This document shows positions 43,367-55,218 of a stretch of DNA of 64,000 nucleotides, piece by piece. This DNA comes from Alphaproteobacteria bacterium (GTDB lineage Bacteria; Pseudomonadota; Alphaproteobacteria; UBA828), in contig OZ243972.1 of assembly GCA_965214705.1 (NCBI GenBank), positions 3,520,001 through 3,584,000 on the forward strand. Reading direction: 5' to 3'. Under the pieces are notes generated by a model. That model worked only from the letters and a program-made list of their open reading frames with translations. It was not told the DNA's origin and ran no database searches. Positions within the stretch are counted from its first letter, which is position 1. Each line of letters starts with the position of its first letter. A program made the translations under genes and the position numbers.

Positions 43367-43939
43367 CTAGTCGATGACAGAGACGGAGCGCCGATTGAGC
43401 GCCCAGGCCTCTTCATTGTGACCGAGCGCGTAGGGCCGCTCCTTGCCGTACGAGACCGTTCTGAGCCGCGACGGCGCGATGCCCTGATCGATCAAGTACT
43501 CACGAACTGCGTTGGCGCGACGCTCGCCAAGGGCGAGGTTGTATTCTCGGGTGCCGCGTTCGTCGGCATGGCCCTCGATCACCAACGAGACCTCGGGGAA
43601 CAGCCTGAGCCACTCGGACTGACGATCCAGCGTGCGCCGCGCATCTGCGCCGAGAACCGCGCTATCGAAATCGAAGAACACGCGGTCGCCGACGTTCTGA
43701 ACGAACTCCTCCTGCGATCCGGGAAGCGGCTGGCTCGGGTCAAGGGCGGCCACCGTCGTCTCTTCCTCGATCATGATGTCGCTGGAAGAGGTGTCCGTGC
43801 CCGAATCCAGCGCTTGGTCGGCCCCGGTACCGGTGGTCGAAGCGGTCTCCTCTGGCGTGCTCTCGCATGCCGCCACGCCGAGCGCCAACAGAAGCGGCAA
43901 GATCAGTCTCAGTCGCATTCGCACGCTCTCCTTCATCAT
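43367..43939 (-). CDS. pal: Peptidoglycan-associated lipoprotein
   Basis: Lipobox VAAC; GHADERGTREYNLALGERRA. Confidence 0.96.
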   Translation of the reverse strand: MMKESVRMRLRLILPLLLALGVAACESTPEETASTTGTGADQALDSGTDTSSSDIMIEEETTVAALDPSQPLPGSQEEFVQNVGDRVFFDFDSAVLGADARRTLDRQSEWLRLFPEVSLVIEGHADERGTREYNLALGERRANAVREYLIDQGIAPSRLRTVSYGKERPYALGHNEEAWALNRRSVSVID

Positions 43940-44102
43940 TCGGTAGCGGCGGGACCGTCGCTATCCCGTCCACACCTATCTGGAATCCTACCGATCCTCA
44001 AACGCCAATGCCCGGCGCAACGCATGATTGCGTGCCGTGGGGCTGAGCCGCTGCCGAAGCGGCTGTCTCGTCGGGTGGCAGGGCGACTATATCTTTGGGT
44101 CA

Positions 44103-45467
44103 TTACTGGATCAACGGCGACCAGGCCGGATCGGAGGCCGCCGTGCTCGTGAAGAGGATGCGCTCGTTGCGCCCCGTCAAGTCGATGGTGACCAGTTCGG
44201 CGCTATCGGGATCACGCGAACTCGAACGGAAAAACATGAGCACACGCCCGTTCGGCGCCCAAGTCGGGCCTTCCACCAGATAGTCTCGCGCCAGGATTCG
44301 CTCGCCACTCCCGTCGGTCTTCATGACGCCGATCGAGAACTGGCCGCGATGGCTCTTGGTGAAGGCGATCAGGTCGCCGCGCGGCGACCATACCGGGGTC
44401 CCGTAGCGGCCTTCGCCGAAGGTGATGCGGCGCACGTCGCTCCCGTCGCGCCGCATCACGTAAATCTGCTGGCTGCCGCCTCGGTCCGATTCGAAGGCGA
44501 TGAACTGGCCGTCCGGCGAGTAGCAGGGCGCGGTCTCGATCGCCGGGTTGTTGGTGAGCCGCCTAGTTCCACGCGAGCGCAAGTCCATCTCGTAGATTTC
44601 CGAATTTCCGTCGCGCGCCAACGTCATGACCACATGATTTCCGTCGGGCGAAAAACGTGGCGCGAAGGTCATGCCGGGGAAATCGCCGAGGATCTCCTGC
44701 TGGCCGGTGTCGATGTGACGCAGGTAGACCTTCGGCACACCGCGCTCGTAGGAGAGGTAAGTGATCTCCTGCGCGGTCGGCGAAAAGCGAGGGGTCAGCA
44801 CCAGATGGCGGCCGTCCGACAAGTAGCGCAGGTTGTGGCCGTCCTGATCCATGATCGCGAGGCGCTTGATGCGCTTGTCGGGCGGCCCGGTCTCGGCGAT
44901 GTAGACGACCCGGGTGTGGAAATAGCCGCTCTCGCCGGTCAGCCGCTCGTAGATCTTGTCGGACATCGTGTGGGCGATTGGTCGCCACGCTTCGGCCGAG
45001 CCGCTCAGCTTCAGTCCCACCAGGTCTTGCTCCGCGAACACGTCCCACAGGCGAAATTCGACCGTGAGTCGACCGGTGTCGCTGGGTACCACGCGACCCG
45101 TCACCAACGCTTGCGCATTGATGATGCGCCAATCCTGGAAGCGCGGCCGCACGCTCATTCCGCCCGCATCACTGATAAAGGCGGCCGGATCGATGGCGCG
45201 GAACAGGCCGGAGCGCTCCAAATTTCGGGTGATCACTTGTGTGATCTGCCGGCCAATCTTGGCATCCGCCTCATTCGCGCCGGCGAGATCGACCAGCGCG
45301 ATGGGAAGCGGCTCCACGTGGCCGCGCGTGATGTCCACGCGGAGCTCGGCCTTGGCAGTGTTGGCGGCCGCGAGGAGCACCAGGGTGAGGACGACGGCGG
45401 CTGGGAGGAGCAGGGCCTGGCGCGCCGTGTGCCCAACATGTCCACTCAGTGTCAGCAATCGTCTCAT
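44103..45467 (-). CDS. tolB: Tol-Pal beta-propeller protein
   Basis: PD40-type repeats ([14 protein letters not shown]); operon context. Confidence 0.96.
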   Translation of the reverse strand: MRRLLTLSGHVGHTARQALLLPAAVVLTLVLLAAANTAKAELRVDITRGHVEPLPIALVDLAGANEADAKIGRQITQVITRNLERSGLFRAIDPAAFISDAGGMSVRPRFQDWRIINAQALVTGRVVPSDTGRLTVEFRLWDVFAEQDLVGLKLSGSAEAWRPIAHTMSDKIYERLTGESGYFHTRVVYIAETGPPDKRIKRLAIMDQDGHNLRYLSDGRHLVLTPRFSPTAQEITYLSYERGVPKVYLRHIDTGQQEILGDFPGMTFAPRFSPDGNHVVMTLARDGNSEIYEMDLRSRGTRRLTNNPAIETAPCYSPDGQFIAFESDRGGSQQIYVMRRDGSDVRRITFGEGRYGTPVWSPRGDLIAFTKSHRGQFSIGVMKTDGSGERILARDYLVEGPTWAPNGRVLMFFRSSSRDPDSAELVTIDLTGRNERILFTSTAASDPAWSPLIQ

Positions 45468-45519
45468 TGTCGCACCGTCGGTTCCTTTGTTTCGATCCTA
45501 TGCAATCCCGGCGAACGCC

Positions 45520-46473
45520 TCACACCGGTGGACTGAAGGTCATGGTGATGTCGCGCCAACCCTCATACTTGTCCACGTGACGCGTCAGGGCATCGAAGGG
45601 GCTGGCCTTCAGCACGGCACGGCGGCCACTCTCCGCCATCGTCCTGTAGTTGGCGCCCCCGCCGTCGTCGACGATCTCTACCCGGCGAACGGACCCGTCC
45701 GGTCCCAACTGGATCCTCAACGTCACCACCAACTCGCCGGCATCGAGGACGCCGGCCGGAACGCTCCAGTTCCGCTCGACCTTCTGCTTGATGGCATCGG
45801 TGATCGTCTGCCGCAAGGGCCCGGTGAGAGGAGCCGGTGCATTGGCCTCCGGGGGCAGTTCGTCATCCACACCGGCGATGCTCGCGAGCATGTCATCGAA
45901 GGACGGCTCCTCCGTCTTTTTCTCGGGCGGCGGGGTTGCGTCGGGCTCTTCGTCCGTGAGGCTTTGCAGCAGGGTGTCGAAGCTCGGCTTCTTCTTCACC
46001 GGTGGCTTGGCAATGGGAAGCGGCGGTGGCCCGGGGTCGGGCGGCGGATCCGGCTTCACCTCGGGTGCCTTCGGCGCCGGCTCAGGCTCGGGCTCTACGA
46101 CGGGCTCCGGCGGCGGCGCCGGTTCCACAATCGGCTCCAGCTCTGGCTCAATGACCGGCTCCGGATCCAACGCGGCGAAGACCTCGGGCTCCGGTTCCGG
46201 CACAGGCTCCGGCTCGGGCTCTGCGACGACCTCGGGCTCCGGCTCCGGTTCGGGTTCCGGCGCAGCCTCGGGGATCGGCTCCGGCTCTGGCTCGGGCTTG
46301 GCCTCCTCGGCGGGAGCAGTCGACTCCTCGGCGAACTCCACCACGCTGACCACGATCGGCTGATCGCTGGGGACGAGCGCGTCGCTCTCGAACACCTGTG
46401 GCAGGCCCAGCACCGCGGCGACGATCACGCCGACATGGAGCAGGCCGGAGAAGAGCCAACCGCGCTTACTCAT
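45520..46473 (-). CDS. tolA: TolA cell envelope integrity protein
   Basis: N-terminal TM with S..LH motif, Pro/Glu-rich linker, C-terminal TolA/TonB domain. Confidence 0.88.
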   Translation of the reverse strand: MSKRGWLFSGLLHVGVIVAAVLGLPQVFESDALVPSDQPIVVSVVEFAEESTAPAEEAKPEPEPEPIPEAAPEPEPEPEPEVVAEPEPEPVPEPEPEVFAALDPEPVIEPELEPIVEPAPPPEPVVEPEPEPAPKAPEVKPDPPPDPGPPPLPIAKPPVKKKPSFDTLLQSLTDEEPDATPPPEKKTEEPSFDDMLASIAGVDDELPPEANAPAPLTGPLRQTITDAIKQKVERNWSVPAGVLDAGELVVTLRIQLGPDGSVRRVEIVDDGGGANYRTMAESGRRAVLKASPFDALTRHVDKYEGWRDITMTFSPPV

Positions 46474-46920
46474 CGCTCCCCGCCGTGCGCGGCTCCGTCA
46501 CCAGCGCCAGGTTGTTGAAGCCCGCGCGGTTGAGCGCGCCCATGACCTCCATCACGCGGCCGTAGGCGATCTCCTGGTCGCCCCGGATGAAAATTCGAAC
46601 GTCGGGGCGGCGCTCGGTGATCGCCTTGAGCTTGGGAATCAGCTCATCCACGGTCACCTCGGTTTCCTGAAGATAGGTGGTGCCGTCGCGGGCGACGGTG
46701 ACCGAGAGCGGCTCGTCGTCTCCCGGCAAGGGCGGTGCATCGGACTTGGGCAGATCGACCTCAACGCCGACTGTCAGCAGCGGTGCCGTGATCATGAAGA
46801 TCACCAGGAGCACCAGCATGACGTCGACGAAGGGCGTGACGTTGATCTGGCTCATGGGCGGGCGCCGGCGGCGTCCGCCTCTGCTGCGGCCGTTGAGCGC
46901 TCCGTCAAACTCGGCCGCCA

Positions 46921-46921
<1 letters not shown>
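46466..46921 (-). CDS. tolR: TolR
   Basis: [18 protein letters not shown]. Confidence 0.95.
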
Positions 46922-47655
<734 letters not shown>

Positions 47656-47665
47656 ATCTCCCCCG

Positions 47666-48136
47666 TTACCGCCGGCCCGCCGGTACCAGTTCCGCAAGCG
47701 CCTCGCGCAACGGCGTCGGCAGCCGTACCGCGCGGCCGTTGCGCCCGACGCAGCCAAGCTTGAGGCCGATGCTGGCGAGCAGCGCCCCCGCGCGCATCAC
47801 GCGTTGCTCGGCCTCGATATGGGCGCCGGCCACCCTGTCGATGGTCGTGCGAACTTCGATCTCATCGTCGAGCAGAGCCGGCTGCCGGTAATCCACGGTG
47901 CAGCGCCTCACGACGAAGGCTGCGTCGTGGTCACCCAGCAGTGTGACGTGGGTGATGCCGGCGCCCCGCATCATCTCGGTCCGCGCCCGTTCGGCGAACT
48001 TGAGGTAGTTGGCGTAGTAGACGATGCCGCTCGCGTCGGTGTCCTCGTAGTAGACCCGGATCGCATAGACATGCTCGGCGCCGTCGAAGCGGCCGCCGAG
48101 CAGCGCCATGGGCGTGTCCGCTTCAACGGCTGTCAT
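47666..48136 (-). CDS. ybgC: Tol-Pal-associated acyl-CoA thioesterase
   Basis: [19 protein letters not shown]. Confidence 0.93.
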   Translation of the reverse strand: MTAVEADTPMALLGGRFDGAEHVYAIRVYYEDTDASGIVYYANYLKFAERARTEMMRGAGITHVTLLGDHDAAFVVRRCTVDYRQPALLDDEIEVRTTIDRVAGAHIEAEQRVMRAGALLASIGLKLGCVGRNGRAVRLPTPLREALAELVPAGRR

Positions 48137-49169
48137 GGCCTTCGTCAAGCAGGGCGAGTTGACGCGGCGCGTCCTCCGGCTGCGCCAGGCCCAGATGACC
48201 GAAGCCGTGCCGGGTAAGCATTCGGCCACGCGGCGTCCGCTGCACGAAGCCCTGTTGGATCAAAAACGGCTCGATCACCTCTTCCAACGCGTCGCGCTGT
48301 TCGGAGAGCGCTGCCGCGATGGTCTCGATGCCGACCGGGCCACCGCCGTAGTTCTCCGCGATGCACGAGAGGTAGCGGCGGTCCATCGAATCGAGGCCGC
48401 GCTGGTCGACCTCCAGCCGGTTGAGGGCCCGATCCGCGACGGCGGCGTCGATGGTCTCGACACCCGCGACCGCCGCGAAGTCGCGCACGCGTCGCAGCAG
48501 CCTGCCGGCGATGCGGGGCGTGCCGCGGGAGCGGGCGGCGACCTCTGCCGCCCCGTCGGCGCTCAGCCCGACGTCGAGGAGCCCCGCGTTTCGGGTCACG
48601 ATCTCGACCAGCTCGTCGACCTCGTAGAAGTCGAGCCTGAGCGGAATGCCGAAGCGCTCGCGCAACGGCGTGGTGATGAGGCCGGTGCGCGTGGTCGCGC
48701 CGACCAGGGTGAAGGGCGGCAGATCGATCCGAACCGAGCGCGCGCCCGGCCCCTCGCCGATGATAAGGTCGAGCTGAAAATCCTCCATGGCCGGGTAGAG
48801 GATTTCTTCCACCGCCGGGTTGAGGCGGTGGATCTCGTCGATGAACAGCACATCGCGCTCGTCCAGGTTGGTCAGGATCGCCGCCAGGTCGCCGGCGCGG
48901 GCGATCACCGGACCGGAGGTCGCCCGAATTCCGACACCGAGCTCGCGGGCGACGATCTGTGCCAGCGTGGTCTTGCCGAGGCCGGGCGGCCCGTAGAAGA
49001 GCACGTGGTCCAGGGCCTCGCCGCGCTCGGCCGCGGCGGCGATGAAGACCCGCAGATTCTCGCGCACCGCGCGCTGGCCCACGAAGTCGTCCAGCTTGCG
49101 CGGCCTGAGCCCGCTGTCGAGCCGGTCTTCGGGCTCCGCTGCGCCGGTGACGATTCGGGCCTCGCTCAC
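48123..49169 (-). CDS. ruvB: Holliday junction helicase RuvB
   Basis: [22 protein letters not shown]. Confidence 0.98.
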   Translation of the reverse strand: MSEARIVTGAAEPEDRLDSGLRPRKLDDFVGQRAVRENLRVFIAAAAERGEALDHVLFYGPPGLGKTTLAQIVARELGVGIRATSGPVIARAGDLAAILTNLDERDVLFIDEIHRLNPAVEEILYPAMEDFQLDLIIGEGPGARSVRIDLPPFTLVGATTRTGLITTPLRERFGIPLRLDFYEVDELVEIVTRNAGLLDVGLSADGAAEVAARSRGTPRIAGRLLRRVRDFAAVAGVETIDAAVADRALNRLEVDQRGLDSMDRRYLSCIAENYGGGPVGIETIAAALSEQRDALEEVIEPFLIQQGFVQRTPRGRMLTRHGFGHLGLAQPEDAPRQLALLDEGHDSR

Positions 49170-49759
49170 TGCGCGAGCTCCTTAAGGCCGGCGCGGATCA
49201 GAGCTTCTACCGGGGCCTCGGCGCCGAGCGTGCGAGCCGCGCCCGAGACCGCGCCGTGGGCCTCGGTCGGGCGGTAGCCGAGGTTGACGAGGGCCGCGAT
49301 GGCATCGGCGTTCGCCGTTCCGTCGACGATCGTGGCCGTAGGTGCTGCACCCGGTAGGGATGGCACCTTGTCCTTGAGTTCGCTCAGGATGCGCGCCGCG
49401 AGCTTGGGCCCCACCCCCGGCGCGCGGGTGAGTCCCGCCTTGTCCTGCGCGGCGATGCAGGCGGAAAGCTCAGCTGCGGGCAGCGCGCCCAGGATTGCGA
49501 GCGCGAGACGGGCGCCGACGCTCTGCACGGTTTGCAACAGGCGGAACCACTCGCGCTCCTGCTCGCTGGAGAAGCCGTAGAGATGGATGTGATCCTCGCG
49601 CACCACGGTCTCGATGGTGAGGCTCACTTCCTGCCCCCGCGACGGCAGGGAGGCGAGCGTGCCGGCGGAGCAATATGTGAGGTAGCCCACGCCACCGACA
49701 TCGACGACCGCCCAGCCATCACCGAGGCTGTCGAGGACGCCGCTCAACTTGGCGATCAT
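49166..49759 (-). CDS. ruvA: Holliday junction branch migration protein RuvA
   Basis: [25 protein letters not shown]. Confidence 0.96.
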   Translation of the reverse strand: MIAKLSGVLDSLGDGWAVVDVGGVGYLTYCSAGTLASLPSRGQEVSLTIETVVREDHIHLYGFSSEQEREWFRLLQTVQSVGARLALAILGALPAAELSACIAAQDKAGLTRAPGVGPKLAARILSELKDKVPSLPGAAPTATIVDGTANADAIAALVNLGYRPTEAHGAVSGAARTLGAEAPVEALIRAGLKELAQ

Positions 49760-50280
49760 CGGGCCACCTTGGCCGTCGCTGGCTCTGCGGACGGCTGCCA
49801 ATGGGCATGGGTGCCTGCGGAATGGGCGTGGCAGATCGCAGCGGCGAGCGCGTCCGTCGCGTCCGCCGCGGCGTCACCGACGCCGGGCAACAGGTGGCGG
49901 ACCATCAGCGCGACCTGCTCCTTGTCGGCATGCCCGGCGCCCACCAGCGCCTTCTTGATCCGGTTCGCCGCGTATTCGTGGACGGGAAGGCCGGCGAGCG
50001 CCGGCGCCAGCAGCGCGACGCCCCGCGCGAGACCGAGCTTTAGGGTCGACTCAGGGTTGCGGTTGACGAAGGTCTCCTCGACGACCGCCTCGTCCGGCTC
50101 GTACCGCGCGACGATTTCGACGAGGCCTTCGTGCAGGGCGCAGAGGCGCTCCGGCACGCTCGCGCCGGAGTCGGTGGCGACCACGCCGTGTCCGACGTGG
50201 CGCAGCCGGTTGCCGGCGGTCTCGATCACGCCCCAGCCGGTCCGACGGAGACCGGGATCGAGGCCGAGAACACGCGCCAT
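49756..50280 (-). CDS. ruvC: Crossover junction endonuclease RuvC
   Basis: [23 protein letters not shown]. Confidence 0.96.
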   Translation of the reverse strand: MARVLGLDPGLRRTGWGVIETAGNRLRHVGHGVVATDSGASVPERLCALHEGLVEIVARYEPDEAVVEETFVNRNPESTLKLGLARGVALLAPALAGLPVHEYAANRIKKALVGAGHADKEQVALMVRHLLPGVGDAAADATDALAAAICHAHSAGTHAHWQPSAEPATAKVAR

Positions 50281-50295
50281 GCCAGCCGCCCCTGC

Positions 50296-51048
50296 TCAGG
50301 CCGAGAGCTTGCGCAGGACATCGTCGGTGACATCGTAGTTCGCCGACACCTGCTGCACGTCGTCGCTGTCGTCGAGCGCTTCCAGCAGCCTGAAGACGGC
50401 CTCCGCCTTGTCTTCGCCGATGGGCACGGTGGTCTGCGGTCGCCAGGCGATCTCGACCCGCTCCGGTGCTCCGAACTGCGCGGTCAGCGCTTCGCTCGCC
50501 TCGCTGAGGGAATCGGGCGCGCAGATCACCTCGTGCCCGTCCTCTTCGCTTTCGCACTCGTCGGCGCCTACCTCCAGCGCCGCTTCGAACATGTCGTCGC
50601 CGCTGGCCGCATCCGAGGAAAAGCGAATGACCCCAACACGTTGGAACAGATAGTTCACAGAGCCCGTCTCGCCGAGCGTGCCGCCGTGGCGGCTGAAGAT
50701 CGAGCGGATCGTGGCTGCGGTGCGGTTGCGGTTGTCGGTGATGGCATCGACGATGACGGCGACGCCGCCCGGCCCGAACCCTTCGTAGCTCAGCGTGTCG
50801 AAGCGTTCCTGGCTGCCGTCCCCGCCCGCCGCCTTCTTGATGGCGCGCTCGATGTTGTCCTTGGGCACGCTCTGCGACTTGGCCGCCGCGACGGCGGTGC
50901 GCAGCCTGGGATTATGGTCGGGGTCGGGTGTGCCTTCCCTGGCCGCGACATAGACCTCGCGGATCAGCTTGGTGAACCGCTTGGCCCGCCGGGCATCTTG
51001 CGCGCCCTTGCGGTACATGATGTTGGCCCATTTGGAGTGGCCGGCCAT
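50296..51048 (-). CDS. yebC: YebC/PmpR family protein
   Basis: MAGHSKWANI, YEGFGPGG, TDNRNRT. Confidence 0.96.
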   Translation of the reverse strand: MAGHSKWANIMYRKGAQDARRAKRFTKLIREVYVAAREGTPDPDHNPRLRTAVAAAKSQSVPKDNIERAIKKAAGGDGSQERFDTLSYEGFGPGGVAVIVDAITDNRNRTAATIRSIFSRHGGTLGETGSVNYLFQRVGVIRFSSDAASGDDMFEAALEVGADECESEEDGHEVICAPDSLSEASEALTAQFGAPERVEIAWRPQTTVPIGEDKAEAVFRLLEALDDSDDVQQVSANYDVTDDVLRKLSA

Positions 51049-51315
51049 GGGCTCTACTCAGTCGTGTGGGAAGACACGGGTCGGCGACGCGAGTTGGCGG
51101 CGTCTCTCATTACCCTGCCTAAATGCTCATTGTGGCCAGATTGGGGCAGTCTCTCTTGGGTTGGTACTACATATTGTATAGCGCGTCACCCCTGAAACCT
51201 ACACCATCCATACGGAAGAGACGATTAGGGCAGGGGCGGGTCGCAGAAACAGCCGGTCATCCAAATTTCGCTTGATACGCGCGCAACACGAGTGCGGTGT
51301 TCAGCTTCTGGTTGC

Positions 51316-51744
51316 TCAAATCAGGCAATAGTGCCGATCTTCGGCGCCAGGAACGGCACTCGAATCGATTCGGGCGTCGAATGTGACAAACCGGCCACCG
51401 TGCGCAACGGCGAGGGCCAGAAGATATACATCGGTGATTTGTCTCGGGCCGATCAGCTTCCTCCAATCGACCACGTCTCGACTGAGCAGACTCACAGTAT
51501 CGGGCCAGAAGCGGTGGTGAGCAGTTGCGGTTGCCCGCCGAAGACGTTCGGCAACGAGGGGTGTCGATTGGCGGTTGGGGTAGGTGGGTTGGGACATGAT
51601 TCTCACACACCCGTTTTCGGTGAGCGGGCAGGTGGCCCAACCCGGATCGATGTTGTCCCGCAGCCAGCGCATGGAGGGCCGGTGGTGAATGTGGTCGGAA
51701 TCCAGCAGCGCGATCAGGACGTTCACGTCCAGTAGCGCGCGCAT
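51316..51744 (-). CDS. vapC: VapC-family PIN ribonuclease toxin
   Basis: LLDVNVLIAL, TENG, QITDVYLLALA, TFD. Confidence 0.92.
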   Translation of the reverse strand: MRALLDVNVLIALLDSDHIHHRPSMRWLRDNIDPGWATCPLTENGCVRIMSQPTYPNRQSTPLVAERLRRATATAHHRFWPDTVSLLSRDVVDWRKLIGPRQITDVYLLALAVAHGGRFVTFDARIDSSAVPGAEDRHYCLI

Positions 51745-51989
51745 CAGTCGCCGGCTTCCTCGCGCAACCGATCAATCAACTCGTTGGTGACGATCCCGCC
51801 CCGCTTGGGAAACGGATGAAATCCGAATTCGGATTCTTGCTCGGTAACTGCCGTGCCGTCCGCATCCCTTTGCGTCAGAGACTGGCGCAGCAGGCTGGAT
51901 GTCACGTCCCCCAACGACCTGCACTCGCGTTTAGCGAGTTCTTTCACGGCGATGAGTACATCGTCGTCGATGTTCAGGGTGGTTCGCAT
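51744..51989 (-). CDS. vapB: VapB/CopG ribbon-helix-helix antitoxin
   Basis: MRTTLNIDDDVL...VTNELIDRLRE; coupled to vapC. Confidence 0.88.
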   Translation of the reverse strand: MRTTLNIDDDVLIAVKELAKRECRSLGDVTSSLLRQSLTQRDADGTAVTEQESEFGFHPFPKRGGIVTNELIDRLREEAGD

Positions 51990-52011
51990 GATCGCCCCCA
52001 ACCAAAATTAC

Positions 52012-52042
52012 GTGATGCTATCGCATCACACATCAAACATCA
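52012..52042. promoter_or_regulatory. Putative vapBC operator
   Basis: GTGATGC-TATC-GCATCAC inverted repeat plus CATCA repeated at 7-bp period. Confidence 0.6.
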
Positions 52043-52086
52043 ACGCCGACTTGGATCGCCGCCGCGCAATTCTCGCGTCCCTTCCT

Positions 52087-52914
52087 CTATCCCTCTGACA
52101 CCCTCACGGCGACGAAGCGAAGGCGGGTGTAGTCGGTTACCCAGCGGCCATCGGGGCAGAGGCGGTCCCGAGTGAGCGCGACGGTGCGTTCGATGACCGC
52201 CTCTGCGCGCCCCGGCGGTGCTGCGTCTGTAAAGTTCCCGCCGAACATGGCAATCCAGTCGGCGAGGCCGTTGGGGCAGTCGTCGAGCGGAGTCGGGCGG
52301 GCAAAGTAGCGGAGCTGCGTCACGTCGAAGCCGCCGTCCTCCAGCAGGCCGACGTAACGGCTCGTGCGCGGGAAGTACCAAGGGAAGTCGATCGCCTCGG
52401 CCGGGACGCCTTCCTCGGCCAGCGCCTGGTAAAGCGCATCGGTGATGATCCGCACGTTGCGGTGCGCGCCCATCTCGGCAACGAACCGGCCGCCGGGCCT
52501 GAGCGCGCCGGCAACGCAGGCGATGACCCGCGCGGGCTCCTCCTTCATCCAGTGAAGCGCGGCGTTGGAGAAGACCGCGTCCGCGTGGTCTTCGATGGCG
52601 AAATCCCGCCCGTCGGCATGCTGGAAGGTGAGGTGCGGGTGAAGCGCGCGGGCGCGTTCGACCATCGCCGCGTCGCCGTCGATTCCTATCACCTCAGCGC
52701 CGCGCGCGGCGATGGCCGCCGTCAGCTTCCCGGTGCCGCAGCCGAGATCGACGATCCGCTCGCCCGGCTTGGGCGCGAGCAGATCGACCATGTCGGTGGC
52801 GAAGGCCGAGACGAAACCGAATGAGCGGTCGTAGAGGCCGGCGTTCCAGGTCGCGTCTGCGCCTGAACCTGTGTCCACGCCCGCGGCGTTCCCCTCCGCC
52901 GATTGCCGAGCCAT
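52087..52914 (-). CDS. Class I SAM-dependent methyltransferase
   Basis: VDLGCGTG, DAVFSNAALHW, LRPGGRF. Confidence 0.92.
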   Translation of the reverse strand: MARQSAEGNAAGVDTGSGADATWNAGLYDRSFGFVSAFATDMVDLLAPKPGERIVDLGCGTGKLTAAIAARGAEVIGIDGDAAMVERARALHPHLTFQHADGRDFAIEDHADAVFSNAALHWMKEEPARVIACVAGALRPGGRFVAEMGAHRNVRIITDALYQALAEEGVPAEAIDFPWYFPRTSRYVGLLEDGGFDVTQLRYFARPTPLDDCPNGLADWIAMFGGNFTDAAPPGRAEAVIERTVALTRDRLCPDGRWVTDYTRLRFVAVRVSEG

Positions 52915-52932
52915 GCGTGCGTGCCGTGCCGG

Positions 52933-53727
52933 CTAATCGTCCGCAGTTTGATGGTCGCGGGCGGTGTCCATCATGGCGTGGATCATCTTCGGACGCGGCA
53001 CGGCAGGCTTGGGATGCGCCACCGGGCTGTGGCTGTGACCGAGGCCCAGCACCGTCTCCACCATCTTGAGCGCGAGCGGGCCCGGATTGACCACGGGGAC
53101 GGGCAGGTTCTCAGAGAGATAGGGCCCGGCCTGCGAGAGCGTGGTCGAACCGAGGACGATCACGTCGGCGCCCTTGGCGAGACCCCTCTCACAGGTCTCC
53201 TTCATGATGGGGAATACCTCCGCCTCGCGGCCGGTGAACAGCGCCCTCATGTCCGACTTCGCCTCGAACAGCTCGACCGAGGAGCAGAACTGGGAAACCT
53301 CGAACTTCTTGAACAGGTTCTTGTAAAAGGCGAGCCAGGCGTCGGTGTACTGCGGATATGAGGGGTCGGTCTGCGCGATCACGCAGAAGCGGGTCCCGAG
53401 GGTGAGCGCGTAGAGCAGCGACGACTTGCCGTTCGAGACCACGGGGATGTCCAACACGGCGCGCAGTTCGGCGACGCCGGAATCGCTCAACGTGTTGACC
53501 GTGATGGCGTCATAGCCCTCCTCGGCCAGCGCCATGCCGGCTTCGAGGATGGCGAACTCGACCAGAAACTCGTCGTGGCGGCCGAGGAAGTGCATCGGCC
53601 CCGCCTTGAGCGGCTTGTAGTCGAAGGTGACATTGCCCGAGAGCTCGACCTGCTCCAACTCGGCACGCCTGTAGTCGAGGCCCTCCTCATCATACGGAAA
53701 CGGCACGATCACTGCGGCGCGTGGCAT
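52933..53727 (-). CDS. Asp/Glu/hydantoin racemase family protein
   Basis: GYDAI...SDSG..ELR..LDIPVV; GADVIVLGSTT; PVPVVNPG. Confidence 0.8.
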   Translation of the reverse strand: MPRAAVIVPFPYDEEGLDYRRAELEQVELSGNVTFDYKPLKAGPMHFLGRHDEFLVEFAILEAGMALAEEGYDAITVNTLSDSGVAELRAVLDIPVVSNGKSSLLYALTLGTRFCVIAQTDPSYPQYTDAWLAFYKNLFKKFEVSQFCSSVELFEAKSDMRALFTGREAEVFPIMKETCERGLAKGADVIVLGSTTLSQAGPYLSENLPVPVVNPGPLALKMVETVLGLGHSHSPVAHPKPAVPRPKMIHAMMDTARDHQTADD

Positions 53728-53774
53728 GGCGTATCCTCCCTTTGATCCTCGTTTTGTCTGTGCGTGTCCCGGTT

Positions 53775-54695
53775 CTACACGGGGTTTTCGGCGAGCCAGC
53801 CGGCGTATTCGCGCACGCCATCGGTGAATGCGATCTGCGGTCGCCAGCGCAGGACGCGCGCGGCCGCCGAGATGTCGAACTTTCCGTGGCTCTGGTCCTC
53901 CGGGTCGGCGCCCTCACCGAGTGTGATGTTCGCCTCGGGTACTGCTTGCCGCACGGCGTCAGCGATCTCGCCGAATTCCAGGCGCTGGCCGCCCGTAATA
54001 TTGAACGCGCGCTGCGGGCCGATCTCCTCGGCATCAAGCGCCGCGATCACGGCGCTCACGACGTCGTCGATATAGACGTACTGTCGTGTGAAGCCGCGGC
54101 CGTAGGGGAGTGTGGTGGGCTGCCCGGCCTGCGCGTCCTTGATCATCTCGCGCACCACGCAGGTGGTGCGGCGGCGCGGCCCGTAGACCCACGAGAAGCG
54201 TAGCACGACGGCGTCGAGGCCAGTCTGTGCCACGTAAGCGCGGGTCAGGATGTCGCCGGACGCCTTGGTGGCACCGTAGATATCGTCTGCTGCGAGTGGC
54301 GCGTCCTCGGGCACCGGTTCAAGACCGATGGCGGTGTGGCCATAGGCAGACGTGGAGGAGCAGAACACCAGGCGCACGCCTCGTTGGCGTGCGATCTCCA
54401 GCAGGTTGGCAGTGCCCGCGACATTGGTCTCGATCACCGCACGCGGATTGTCGCGGCCCAGCATGGGACCGGACACCGCGCCGCAATGCACGATCGCTTT
54501 GATGTCGCTGCCGCAGATGGCGTGCAGCTTATGAACGTCGGTGAGCTCCGCATCGGTCGAGGAAAACCCGCCGTCCTCCCTGAGCTGGATGCGATCGGTG
54601 CCGATCACGTCGCGTCCTTCACGCGCGAGCCGGGAGGCGACGGCGAAGCCGATCAGTCCCGCCGATCCGGTTACTGCGATTGCTCCCGACGCCAT
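53775..54695 (-). CDS. NAD-dependent epimerase/dehydratase
   Basis: TGSAGLIG, SSTSAYG, YGATK, VYGP. Confidence 0.92.
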   Translation of the reverse strand: MASGAIAVTGSAGLIGFAVASRLAREGRDVIGTDRIQLREDGGFSSTDAELTDVHKLHAICGSDIKAIVHCGAVSGPMLGRDNPRAVIETNVAGTANLLEIARQRGVRLVFCSSTSAYGHTAIGLEPVPEDAPLAADDIYGATKASGDILTRAYVAQTGLDAVVLRFSWVYGPRRRTTCVVREMIKDAQAGQPTTLPYGRGFTRQYVYIDDVVSAVIAALDAEEIGPQRAFNITGGQRLEFGEIADAVRQAVPEANITLGEGADPEDQSHGKFDISAAARVLRWRPQIAFTDGVREYAGWLAENPV

Positions 54696-54854
54696 GGGTT
54701 TCTCCCTGCTGACCCCACCTCGAAGGGTGCGGCGGAGCGGGCGAGCGCGTCAAGCGCGCCAAATCTGTGCGCCGACATGCCGGACTGAACACGTCGCCCT
54801 CGCGTGGCGCGTTCGATCGTCTACAATCACTCCTCCAATGAGCACACACTGCCC

Positions 54855-55199
54855 ATGACCGCCCGCCCCACTCGCGATCCGAAGAAAATTCGGCAGATCC
54901 TCGAACAGGAGCGCGCCGAGCTGCTTGCGCTTAGCGAGGCGGCGGCGGACGAGCGGCGCCCGGTGGCACTCGACCAGCAAAGTGTCGGCCGCGTCTCGCG
55001 CATGGATGCCATGCAGGTGCAGGCGATGGCGCAGTCTGTGGAGGCCCGCCGCCGTGCGCGATTGCCCCTCATCGAGGCGGCGCTGCGCCGGCTTGATACC
55101 GGAGACTACGGCTATTGCACCGATTGCGGGGAGCGAATTCCCGCTAAGCGGCTCGCCATCGACCCGACCATCGCCCGCTGCGTCGACTGTGCCGGTTAG
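54855..55199 (+). CDS. TraR/DksA C4 zinc-finger protein
   Basis: SRMDA coiled-coil tip; YGYCTDCGERI...RCVDC. Confidence 0.9.
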   Translation: MTARPTRDPKKIRQILEQERAELLALSEAAADERRPVALDQQSVGRVSRMDAMQVQAMAQSVEARRRARLPLIEAALRRLDTGDYGYCTDCGERIPAKRLAIDPTIARCVDCAG

Positions 55200-55218
55200 T
55201 GGTGGAGACGGCGCTACG

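Noticed and set aside
46080-46300. Short tandem DNA repeats
   Set aside because: Explained by the Pro-Glu linker of TolA.
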